Shown here: positions 47,112 through 55,328 of the stretch, one piece after another
Numbering within the stretch: the stretch's first letter is position 1
Layout: the number at the start of each line of letters is the position of its first letter
Notes under the pieces: generated by a model
The model's database searches: none
What the model was told of the DNA's origin: nothing
The model's input: only the letters and a program-made list of their open reading frames with translations
Translations under genes and position numbers: made by a program
Assembly (NCBI GenBank): GCA_050010075.1
Contig: JBEKLS010000001.1
Location: forward strand, 6,563-70,562
Reading direction: 5' to 3'
Source of the DNA: Candidatus Binatus sp.
Lineage (GTDB): Bacteria; Desulfobacterota; Binatia; Binatales; Binataceae
Length of the DNA stretch: 64,000 nucleotides

Positions 47112-48656
47112 ATGAAAACTTCCTGGGGGAAAGCACGCATTGGCTCGATTGCGGCCTTGACCGCGATCATCGTCATCGCGACGCAGACAGCATCGCACGC
47201 GCAGTTGGCTACGACCTCGTGGCCGATGCTCAGCCACGACGTCCGGCATACCGGGCTCAGCACGGTAGATACCAGCGCCAACCCCGGCAAGCTGAAGTGG
47301 GTATACGACATGGTCGATCAACACGACACGTCGCCGATCTGCCTCGATGGCTCGCCGGTGATCGGCGCCGACGGAACCATTTATGCTGGCTGCGACGAAT
47401 TTCTCTACGCGGTAAACCCCGACGGCACGCTGAAATGGAAGTTCGCAACTAGCCTCGCGATCGAATCCTCGCCGGCCATCGGGGCTGACGGAACTATCTA
47501 CGTCGGCTCCTTCGACGACAATCTTTACGCGGTAACTGACGGGGGCCAGGGCACTGTCACGGAGAAGTGGGCGTTTGCAACCGGCGACGATGTGGATTCC
47601 TCGCCAGCGATCACCGCCGACGGAACCATTTACTTTGGCTCCACCGACGACAACCTGTACGCAGTCAATCCCGACGGTACACAGAAATGGAAGTTCGCAA
47701 CCGGCGATTCGGTTGAATCCTCGCCGGCGATCGGCGCCGACGGGACCATCTACGTTGGCTCCGATGACGACAACCTCTACGCATTGACTGACGGCGGGCA
47801 AGGCACTGTCACGAAGAAGTGGGCGTTTCCAGTCGGCGGTAGTATGTACGGCTCGCCTGCGATTGGCGCCGACGGGACTATTTACGTCGGCTCGGCTGAC
47901 GACAACCTCTACGCGCTAACCGACAACGGCAGCAGCGTCACGCAAAAGTGGAAGTTCGTAACCGGCGGCGGTGTGGATTCCTCGCCGGCGGTAGGCGCCG
48001 ACGGCACCATTTACGTGGCGTCCAACGACGACAACTTCTACGCGCTAACCGACAGCGGCGCCAGCGCAACGGAGAAGTGGGCGTTCCCGGGTGGTGCTGT
48101 TTTCGGCTCCTCTCTCACGATCGGCGCCGACGGCACCATCTTCGGCAGTTCAGAAAATGGGAACCTTTACGCCCTGACGGACAACGGCACCAGCGCGACG
48201 GAGAAGTGGGTGATCGCGGTAGACGGCGGGCTCTCCGCGCCAGTGATCGGCGCCGACGGCACTGTCTATGTGGGCGGTACGAACATCGACGACCTTTTCG
48301 CCGTGGGAATTCCGCCGCCGCCGGTAGCGGTCAAGCTGAAGCTCAGTGAGACGTCGATCAACTTTGGTACGCTGAAACCCGGCAGGTTTAAAAATCAGTA
48401 CATCACCGTGAGCAACCCCAAGGGCAGCAAAACGGCGCCCGGGCTTACCGTGGCGATGCAGGGGCAGCGGCTCAGCGGACATGGTGACTTCACGCTGACG
48501 AACTATTGCGCCACACCGCTGCCGGCAGGCCAGAAGTGCCAGGTCGAAGTAACGTACCAGCCCTCCGGCCGGGGATCGGAAGCACGCACCCTGATGATCT
48601 TCGACAACGCGGACAACTCGCCCCAGATAGTAAAACTCAAGGGCCACGGCGGATAG
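47112..48656 (+). CDS. Secreted PQQ-like beta-propeller repeat protein with a C-terminal beta-sandwich domain
   Basis: The signal peptide is MKTSWGKARIGSIAALTAIIVIATQTASHA. About 9 repeats of SSPAIGADGTIYVGSxDDNLYAL occur. Confidence 0.75.
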   Translation: MKTSWGKARIGSIAALTAIIVIATQTASHAQLATTSWPMLSHDVRHTGLSTVDTSANPGKLKWVYDMVDQHDTSPICLDGSPVIGADGTIYAGCDEFLYAVNPDGTLKWKFATSLAIESSPAIGADGTIYVGSFDDNLYAVTDGGQGTVTEKWAFATGDDVDSSPAITADGTIYFGSTDDNLYAVNPDGTQKWKFATGDSVESSPAIGADGTIYVGSDDDNLYALTDGGQGTVTKKWAFPVGGSMYGSPAIGADGTIYVGSADDNLYALTDNGSSVTQKWKFVTGGGVDSSPAVGADGTIYVASNDDNFYALTDSGASATEKWAFPGGAVFGSSLTIGADGTIFGSSENGNLYALTDNGTSATEKWVIAVDGGLSAPVIGADGTVYVGGTNIDDLFAVGIPPPPVAVKLKLSETSINFGTLKPGRFKNQYITVSNPKGSKTAPGLTVAMQGQRLSGHGDFTLTNYCATPLPAGQKCQVEVTYQPSGRGSEARTLMIFDNADNSPQIVKLKGHGG

Positions 48657-48725
48657 CGGAAATCGCGATCGGCAGGCAAAAGAACCTGAGAGCAAAATGG
48701 CGTCCTTGCCATTTTGCCCGACTAG

Positions 48726-48789
48726 TACCGGGTGCAGGGGTCACCCCTGCCCAAGGAAGCATGAAACCCAGGCGGGTTTCATTTAAATA
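48726..48789 (+). repeat. Family B two-hairpin element, copy 4
   Basis: taccgggtgcaggggtcacccctgcccaaggaagcatgaaacccaggcgggtttcatttaaat. Confidence 0.55.
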
Positions 48790-48912
48790 AACTCGTTCCA
48801 ACTGCGCTCTTCTCTCTCGGTTGACGCGCATCTGTTAATTCCATAAAAAACGAGTTCGGCCTCAGGACTTTTCGCGACTCTACGTTAACCGGAAGAAGGC
48901 AGCCCGACTGAT

Positions 48913-49383
48913 ATGGCGGTGCGCAAAATCGAGCGTGGCCACTACTTCGAGGACTTCGAGGTGGGCCATCTTTTCAAGCATCATTGGGGTCGCACGGTAA
49001 CCGAAGGCGACAACAGCTTTTTCTCCAGCGTCACGATGAACTTCAACCCCATCTACTTCAATCGCGAGTATGCGCAGGGCCTCGGCTATAAGAATGTAGT
49101 CGTCAATCACATGCTCGTGATGAACGTCGTGTTCGGGCTGTCGGTCGAGGATTTGAGCGAACGCGCCATCGCACATCTCGGCTACGAGAAAATGAAATGG
49201 CACGAGACGGTTTATCCCGGCGACACGATAACCTCCGAGTCGCTGGTGCTGTCCAAGCGCGACACCTCGCGGCCCGATCGCGGCGTCGTCAAGTTCCGCA
49301 CCACCGGCTACAACCAACGCGGCGAAAAAGTGCTCGAATACGAGCGGCCGGTTCTGATTCGCAAGCGCAATCCTCCCGCCTAG
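48913..49383 (+). CDS. MaoC-like (R)-specific hot-dog hydratase subunit
   Basis: Hot-dog fold with a partial hydratase motif (NFNPIYFN). Confidence 0.75.
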   Translation: MAVRKIERGHYFEDFEVGHLFKHHWGRTVTEGDNSFFSSVTMNFNPIYFNREYAQGLGYKNVVVNHMLVMNVVFGLSVEDLSERAIAHLGYEKMKWHETVYPGDTITSESLVLSKRDTSRPDRGVVKFRTTGYNQRGEKVLEYERPVLIRKRNPPA

Positions 49384-49392
49384 GAGCACACG

Positions 49393-50559
49393 ATGCCTCT
49401 GGTTACGCCTGAGCATGAATTTATCCGGCGATCGGTTCGCGAGTTTGTCGAGGCCGAGGTCAAGCCCATCGCCAACGATCTCGATCGCGCGAACAAGGAG
49501 ATTCCCGAGCGCATCCTCAAGCAGATGGCCGAGCTCGGCTACTTCGGTGTGATCTTTCCGGCCGAAGAGGGCGGCATGGGCCTCGACTACATCTCGATGG
49601 CGATTGTCACCGAAGAGTTGTCGCGCGGTTGGCTCAGCGTCGGCTCCGTCATGACGCGCAACATCATCACCGGTACGCTGATCAGCGCCAACGGCACGCC
49701 CGAGCAGAAAAAGAAATTCCTGCCGCCGATTGCGCGCGGCGAAATTCTGACGGCGGCTGCCTTCACTGAGCCGGATTCGGGCAGCGACACGGCGTCGTTC
49801 AAGACGCGCGCGGTCAAGGACGGCGACGGCTACCTGATCAAGGGATCGAAGATGTGGTGCACGTTCGCCAATCGCGCGCACATGCTGACCGTCATGACGC
49901 GCACCGATCCCGACATGTCGAAGAAACATAAGGGACTGTCGCTGATCCTGTTCGAGAAGCAGCCCGGCGACGATTTCGTGCCGCCGCAGTTAACCGGCTC
50001 TCCGATTCCGACCATCGGCTACCACGGGATGCGTAGTTACGCGCTGCAATTCGACGACGCGTTCGCGCCGAAGGCGAACCTGATCGGCGGCGTGGAAGGG
50101 CGCGGCTTTTACCAGTTGATGGCGAGTTACGAGGCGGCGCGAATCCAGACCGCGGCGCGCGGCGTCGGCGTCGCGCAGGCGGCGTTCGAATGCGCGGTCA
50201 AGTACGCGAAGGATCGCAAGCAGTTCGGCCAGCCGATCGGCGATTTCCAGGTGATACGGCACAAGCTCGCGCACATGGCGGTCGAGATCGAGGCGGCGCG
50301 CCAGCTTTGCTATTTCGCAGCAGCCGAAAAAGACACCGGCAAGCGATGCGACTACGAGGCCGGGCTCGCGAAGGCGTTTGCCGCCGAGATGGCCGAGCGG
50401 GTCACGCGCGAGGCGATGCAGGTGCATGGCGGCTACGGCTACTCGATGGAATTCGAGGCGCAGCGCTTCTGGCGCGACGCGCGCGTGCTGTCGATCTTCG
50501 AGGGCACCAGCGAGATTCAGTACGAGGTCATCGGCCGGCGCATCATGGAGCAGAACTGA
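49393..50559 (+). CDS. Acyl-CoA dehydrogenase
   Basis: Canonical ACAD domains; the catalytic Glu is near the C-terminus (IFEGTSEIQ). Confidence 0.9.
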   Translation: MPLVTPEHEFIRRSVREFVEAEVKPIANDLDRANKEIPERILKQMAELGYFGVIFPAEEGGMGLDYISMAIVTEELSRGWLSVGSVMTRNIITGTLISANGTPEQKKKFLPPIARGEILTAAAFTEPDSGSDTASFKTRAVKDGDGYLIKGSKMWCTFANRAHMLTVMTRTDPDMSKKHKGLSLILFEKQPGDDFVPPQLTGSPIPTIGYHGMRSYALQFDDAFAPKANLIGGVEGRGFYQLMASYEAARIQTAARGVGVAQAAFECAVKYAKDRKQFGQPIGDFQVIRHKLAHMAVEIEAARQLCYFAAAEKDTGKRCDYEAGLAKAFAAEMAERVTREAMQVHGGYGYSMEFEAQRFWRDARVLSIFEGTSEIQYEVIGRRIMEQN

Positions 50560-50561
50560 AC

Positions 50562-51044
50562 GTGAGCATCACCGGCGACGGCAGCTACTTCGAGGATTTC
50601 ACGGTCGGCGACACGCTGGTGCATCAGCGCGGCCGCACCATCACGGAAGCCGACAATCATAATTTCACTTCGCTGGTGATGAACACGGCGGAGCTGCACT
50701 TCAACCAGGATCTGATCGACAAAAATCCGGGCGCGTACGTCGGCGGCAAACTGCTGGTCTATGGCGGCGTCGTGCTGGCGTTCACGGTCGGGCTCGCGTC
50801 GGAGGACACCAGCGAGAATGCGATCGCCGAAGTCGAGATGGACAACGGCAAGCATACCAATCCGGTCTTTCACGGCGATACGATTTACGCCGAGTCCACC
50901 GTGCTCGAGAAGCGCGACGCCGATCGGCCCGACGCCGGCTTGGTGAAGTTCAAGTTGATCGGCAAGAAGCCTGACGGCACCGTGGTCGTCGAAATCGAGC
51001 GCACTGTTTTGATCAAGCGTAAGACCCATTACCTGCCAGCCTGA
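50562..51044 (+). CDS. MaoC-like hot-dog protein, second subunit (lacks the NP hydratase motif)
   Basis: GTG start directly after the ACAD stop; paralogous to 48913..49383. Confidence 0.7.
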   Translation: MSITGDGSYFEDFTVGDTLVHQRGRTITEADNHNFTSLVMNTAELHFNQDLIDKNPGAYVGGKLLVYGGVVLAFTVGLASEDTSENAIAEVEMDNGKHTNPVFHGDTIYAESTVLEKRDADRPDAGLVKFKLIGKKPDGTVVVEIERTVLIKRKTHYLPA

Positions 51045-51068
51045 AAAAATCAGCGGGAGAATTCATCA

Positions 51069-52106
51069 ATGTACGTACTCGACAAAGGCACACGCTTCGT
51101 AATTCCGCGCACCGAGATGACCTACCCCGGTCACAACATGAAGCTGCACATCACGGCCGCCGACGCGGTGAAGGCGCCCGTCGACCACGTGATGGCGGAC
51201 TTCGAGGATGCGTGCCCGTACGAATTCAAGGGCGAGAAGAGCCGCAAGGTGATGGTCGAGGCGCTCAACACGCTCGACTTCGGCAAGAAGGTCGTCACCG
51301 TGCGCCCGAATAATATTCATTCGAAATTTTTCAAGGGCGACATGGAGGCTATCGTGCTGGGCGCGCCGAATCGCTTCCACGGCATCATGCTGCCGAAGAC
51401 GCGCGGCCCCGAGGAGATTCGCGAAGTGTCGAAGCTGCTCGACGATCTCGAAAAGCGTGCCGGGTGGAAGTACCGCATCCAGATCGAGTCGCTCATCGAG
51501 ACGCCGCATGCGCTGATCCATGCGTACGAAATCGCGACCGCGTCGGACCGGATGTGCGGGCTGGTGTTCGGCATCGCGGACTACGCTGCAAATCTGGGCA
51601 TCCGCGAGATCGTTGAGAATCAGAACCAGAATTTTCACTACTCGAAGCAGGCGGTGGTCGTCGCCGCCAAGGCCGCGGGCCTGCACGCGATCGACAACGT
51701 CTACCTGCGGCTGTGGCGCAACACCGACTCGCCCGAGCGCGTCAAGGAACTGCAGGCGGGCCTGCGCGAGAAGAACGTGGGGGCAGCGAACCTCGGGATG
51801 GACGGCACCTGGGTGATCCATCCGCAGCAGGCGGAGATTGCGAATTCGTGCTACACGCCGAGCGTCGATCAGGTCGAAGAAGCGCGCCGCGTGATCAAGC
51901 TCTACCACGAGAAGGGCGGCGGCTCGATGGCCGACCCGAAATCGGGCGAGATGATCGACGAAGCGACGATAAAAATCGGCCTGATGGATCTCGCCAAAGG
52001 CGCGCAAGCCGGCATGGTGTCAGAGACGGAGCTCCGCGACTGGTCAGCAAAGAGCCGCGAGATAACCGGCTACGACATCCTCGAACTGATGCGCCGCGTC
52101 GCGTAG
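51069..52106 (+). CDS. CitE/HpcH-family acyl-CoA lyase (malyl-/methylmalyl-/citramalyl-CoA lyase-like)
   Basis: 345 aa with the citrate-lyase-beta-like TIM-barrel signature (IESLIETPHAL, DYAANLG). Confidence 0.8.
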   Translation: MYVLDKGTRFVIPRTEMTYPGHNMKLHITAADAVKAPVDHVMADFEDACPYEFKGEKSRKVMVEALNTLDFGKKVVTVRPNNIHSKFFKGDMEAIVLGAPNRFHGIMLPKTRGPEEIREVSKLLDDLEKRAGWKYRIQIESLIETPHALIHAYEIATASDRMCGLVFGIADYAANLGIREIVENQNQNFHYSKQAVVVAAKAAGLHAIDNVYLRLWRNTDSPERVKELQAGLREKNVGAANLGMDGTWVIHPQQAEIANSCYTPSVDQVEEARRVIKLYHEKGGGSMADPKSGEMIDEATIKIGLMDLAKGAQAGMVSETELRDWSAKSREITGYDILELMRRVA

Positions 52107-52112
52107 GCAATA

Positions 52113-52134
52113 GCCTCTCCCTATCAGGGAGAGG
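52113..52134. repeat. REP-like palindrome, family A
   Basis: gcctctccctatcagggagagg, 7 bp after the lyase stop. Confidence 0.6.
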
Positions 52135-52187
52135 TTTGCCTAACCTCGCGACCGTTCCGTCTTTTTCGCTCCGCGCGAAGCGCTCCA

Positions 52188-52336
52188 TGTCATTCTAGAG
52201 CGAAGCGAAGAATCCCGGATTCGGCGAAGCACTGAACTTCGGAACAACCGGCCTTCGCCGTGGTCGCTCCGTGGTTGAGGGTGGAGCGGTTGGCGCCGAG
52301 AAGGATCCGGGATTCTTCGCTGCGCTCAGAATGACA
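52188..52336. repeat. Complete 149-bp MITE with TGTCATTCT...AGAATGACA terminal inverted repeats
   Basis: tgtcattctagagcgaagcgaagaatcccgg ... ccgggattcttcgctgcgctcagaatgaca. Confidence 0.6.
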
Positions 52337-52387
52337 AAAGAGGAGGCGGCAGTTCGTTGTTTCCGTCTCAACGCAAGTTAAACAAAG

Positions 52388-52409
52388 GTCCTCCCTGACA
52401 GGGACAGGC
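52388..52409. repeat. Degenerate family A palindrome (gtcctccctgacagggacaggc)
   Basis: Imperfect copy. Confidence 0.4.
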
Positions 52410-52481
52410 TATTCTGAGCGCGCCAAGTGCAGTGCGTTGTTGCTACGCGGGCTTGAAAATGTCACAACAGATGGTTCGGGC

Positions 52482-52559
52482 GGGGTCGTAGTTCAGCCCG
52501 GTTAGAACGCCGGCCTGTCACGTCGGAAGTCGTGGGTTCAAATCCCATCGGCCCCGCCA
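52482..52559 (+). tRNA. tRNA-Asp (anticodon GTC)
   Basis: I folded the cloverleaf by hand. The acceptor stem is ggggtcg/cggcccc, the anticodon stem ccggc/gtcgg, the anticodon loop cuGUCac, the T-loop ttcaaat, and the CCA is encoded. Confidence 0.85.
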
Positions 52560-52585
52560 AAATTTACCTTTTTAGGTGCATAAAC

Positions 52586-53032
52586 TTGAAGCTGACCGAA
52601 CAAACCCGCAGCATCTCCCGCGAAAGCGGACTGCGAGACCGCAACTGGGTCGTGATCGATGCGACCGAACGATCGCTCGGACGAGTCGCGTCGCGCGCCG
52701 CGAGTCTGCTGACCGGCAAAACGCGCCCCGATTACACCCCCAACCAGGACACCGGCGACTTCGTCGTGATCATCAACGCCGCCAAGGTTCGCCTGACGGG
52801 ATCGAAGACGCAGACCAAACTGTATCATCGCCATACTGAATGGCCCGGCGGTATCCGCACGACCTCGGCGGGCAAGCTGCTCGAAGACAAGCCCGAGCGC
52901 CTGCTGGAGATAGCGGTGAAGGGAATGCTGCCGAAGAATCGTCTCGGCCATCAGATTTTCAACAAGCTTAAAATCTATCGCGGCGCCGAGCATCCGCATG
53001 CCGCGCAGAAGCCCAAAAGCGTCAGCGTTTGA
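52586..53032 (+). CDS. rplM: 50S ribosomal protein L13
   Basis: NWVVIDATERSLGRVAS..., HRHTEWPGGIR, EIAVKGMLPKNRLG. The probable start is the TTG at 52586, with an AGGTG ribosome-binding site 7 nt upstream; the table ORF start at 52532 overlaps the tRNA. Confidence 0.8.
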   Translation: MKLTEQTRSISRESGLRDRNWVVIDATERSLGRVASRAASLLTGKTRPDYTPNQDTGDFVVIINAAKVRLTGSKTQTKLYHRHTEWPGGIRTTSAGKLLEDKPERLLEIAVKGMLPKNRLGHQIFNKLKIYRGAEHPHAAQKPKSVSV

Positions 53033-53069
53033 ATAATACAATCAGCGCATAACAAGGCACGATCGTCAT

Positions 53070-53468
53070 ATGGCAGAAAAGAAAAACATCATCTGGACCA
53101 CCGGACGTCGCAAGACCGCGGTCGCGCGCGTCAGGATGCTTCCCGGCACCGGCACTATCACCGTGAACTCGCGCACGCTCGAGGATTACTTCCCGCGGCC
53201 GACGTCGCGCATGCGGATCCTGGAGCCGTTCGAGGCGACCGAGACGGTCGGCCAGTACGATGTGCTGGTAAGCGTCGAGGGCGGCGGGATTGCAGCGCAA
53301 GCTGACGCCGTCCGTCATGGGATATCGCGCGCATTGATCACCGCAACCGAGACGCTGCGGCCAACGCTGCGCAAGGGTGGGATGCTGACGCGCGATCCGC
53401 GCGAGGTCGAGCGCAAGAAGTACGGCCGCCACAAGGCTCGCAAGCGGCCGCAATACTCCAAACGGTAG
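53070..53468 (+). CDS. rpsI: 30S ribosomal protein S9
   Basis: [17 protein letters not shown], and a C-terminal basic tail ending in ...RKRPQYSKR. Confidence 0.9.
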   Translation: MAEKKNIIWTTGRRKTAVARVRMLPGTGTITVNSRTLEDYFPRPTSRMRILEPFEATETVGQYDVLVSVEGGGIAAQADAVRHGISRALITATETLRPTLRKGGMLTRDPREVERKKYGRHKARKRPQYSKR

Positions 53469-53519
53469 CGAAGACCGACTCCGGGTGCATATGGCGCCCG
53501 AGTGGATTCAATTGTGACA

Positions 53520-53552
53520 GGGGCGTGAGTGATGCTCGCGCCCTTTTCATTT
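53520..53552 (+). terminator. Probable rho-independent terminator after rpsI
   Basis: gggcgtgag-tgatg-ctcgcgccc followed by ttttcattt. Confidence 0.55.
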
Positions 53553-53646
53553 ATGCTTATAATACAGATACTTAGGCGACCCCATTTGACAAATCCCAAC
53601 GCGGACCAATACAAGGAAGGCGCCAGCGACAAAGGAGCGCCTCTAG

Positions 53647-54432
53647 ATGCGTCGAGATCGCCGTAGCCGTTTTAGCACCGGGTTAGGTGCCGGGCTGATG
53701 CTGATAAGCGCCCTGGTGCTGATGGCGTCGGGCTCCGTGCTGGCGCAAACGGCGGCAGGTTCGTTCCAGTCCGTAAGCGGCCAGGTACAAATTCAGCGCG
53801 GCGGCGGCGCGACGATCGGAGCGGCGGCCGGCGTCGGCGTTAACACCGGCGATCGAATCGTCACCGGCCCGACCGGCCATGCTGTCATCCTGCTCAACGA
53901 CCAGAGCCGCCTCGAACTCGGTCCCGCCAGCACTATCACGCTCGACCAGTTCACAATCACCGGCGGCGCCAACACGACGCGCGTCAGCTTGTTTTCCGGC
54001 GTGCTGCGATCGCTTGTAAACAGCGCGTCAGGCGGCATGCGCGCCGATTACCAGGTACACACTCCCAACGCGGTCGCGGCAGTTCGCGGAACCCGATTCG
54101 ATACTGCTTACAGTGAGAATGTAATCAGACCCGGCTACCAGGGATGCGAGCGATATACCGACGTCTCGGTATATCAGGGCACCGTAAACCTGGCGCCGAT
54201 CGGAACTCCCAACGCGGGTCAGGACGTCAGCGCGGGTTACGAGGCGACGCTGCCCTGCGACAAACCCCCGACGGCTCCCGGGCCGCTGGCGATGACCGGT
54301 GCAGTGTCGCTCGAAAGCGCCAGCGCTGGCGGCGCCCAGTTCACGGGAGCGGCGCCGTCATCGGGCGGCGCACCGGTGCCGGCATGTCCGGTCTGCACGA
54401 ACATGACGACCGTCGGTACGTCGGGGCGATAG
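53647..54432 (+). CDS. Secreted FecR-domain protein
   Basis: Signal peptide. The FecR-like pattern is VNTGDRIVTGPTGHAVILLNDQSRLELGPASTITL...AAVRGTRF. Confidence 0.6.
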   Translation: MRRDRRSRFSTGLGAGLMLISALVLMASGSVLAQTAAGSFQSVSGQVQIQRGGGATIGAAAGVGVNTGDRIVTGPTGHAVILLNDQSRLELGPASTITLDQFTITGGANTTRVSLFSGVLRSLVNSASGGMRADYQVHTPNAVAAVRGTRFDTAYSENVIRPGYQGCERYTDVSVYQGTVNLAPIGTPNAGQDVSAGYEATLPCDKPPTAPGPLAMTGAVSLESASAGGAQFTGAAPSSGGAPVPACPVCTNMTTVGTSGR

Positions 54433-54447
54433 GGGAGGAGGTGAAAC

Positions 54448-55218
54448 GTGGCGACCAAACGAAGATTCCGGGTTAGTATCGCGGTCGTGCTCGCGTTGGC
54501 GCTGGGCGCATTCGCCAGAGCGCCGGCTGCAAACGCGCAGTGGTTTGACGACAACTATCCGGGATTTTTCTCGCTGCAGACTCCCGGACTCTTCCAGACC
54601 ACGCTGTTCGGCGGCGGTTTCGTCAGCGACAAATATGGCGTCCTGCAGGAGGGCGTACAGGCCGAGCAAAGCGTCACGCCGTATCTCGGCGTCTTCGGCC
54701 GCGCCACCGGCTATCAACTGTGGATTGGCAATGGCTTCGAGAGCCCGCTGGCGCCGGGCAGCGGCAGTTTCCCGCGCCTGAACTTCGGCCGCTTCCAGGG
54801 CGGCGCGGATTTCACGCTGTTCCCGGGCACTCATCTGTACGTCTCTGGCGGCCACGACGTGGCGGACAGCGACGCCAGCGTGATCGAAGGCGACTTCTCG
54901 AGCTGGCTGCTATTGCACAGCCAGCATCCGCTCAACGGCTCCTTCAGCTCGATCCATGATTTTCAGAATGGCGTCACCAGCAGCGAGATCGACGTCAATG
55001 CGATCCTGCTCTCGACCGAAAAGTTCATGGTCATGGGCGGCATCGGCGGCGCGATGTACTTCGGCGGCTTCCTGACCGAAGGGCAGGGCCAGGGCGGTCC
55101 CGACCTCGGCTTCTACTACCGTCCGTGGCAGCTCGGCGTCAGCGCGCAGGCTGGCTACGGCAACGCGCATCAGTATGGCCAGATCAGCATGTACAAGCAG
55201 CTAAGCTGGTTCGAGTAG
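54448..55218 (+). CDS. Secreted protein of unknown function (possible outer-membrane beta-barrel)
   Basis: The signal peptide is VVLALALGAFARAPAANAQ. It is Gly/aromatic-rich with an alternating pattern and ends in ...LSWFE. Confidence 0.4.
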   Translation: MATKRRFRVSIAVVLALALGAFARAPAANAQWFDDNYPGFFSLQTPGLFQTTLFGGGFVSDKYGVLQEGVQAEQSVTPYLGVFGRATGYQLWIGNGFESPLAPGSGSFPRLNFGRFQGGADFTLFPGTHLYVSGGHDVADSDASVIEGDFSSWLLLHSQHPLNGSFSSIHDFQNGVTSSEIDVNAILLSTEKFMVMGGIGGAMYFGGFLTEGQGQGGPDLGFYYRPWQLGVSAQAGYGNAHQYGQISMYKQLSWFE

Positions 55219-55328
55219 TCGCGACGCTTCACGCGCATTAGCAGACAATCCGCGGAGGACGTGTTCCGCGAACGCCCGCGCATGGTTAGCGGAGCCCGCG
55301 CCGGCGAGCTAAGCTCGAATCGCTGACG

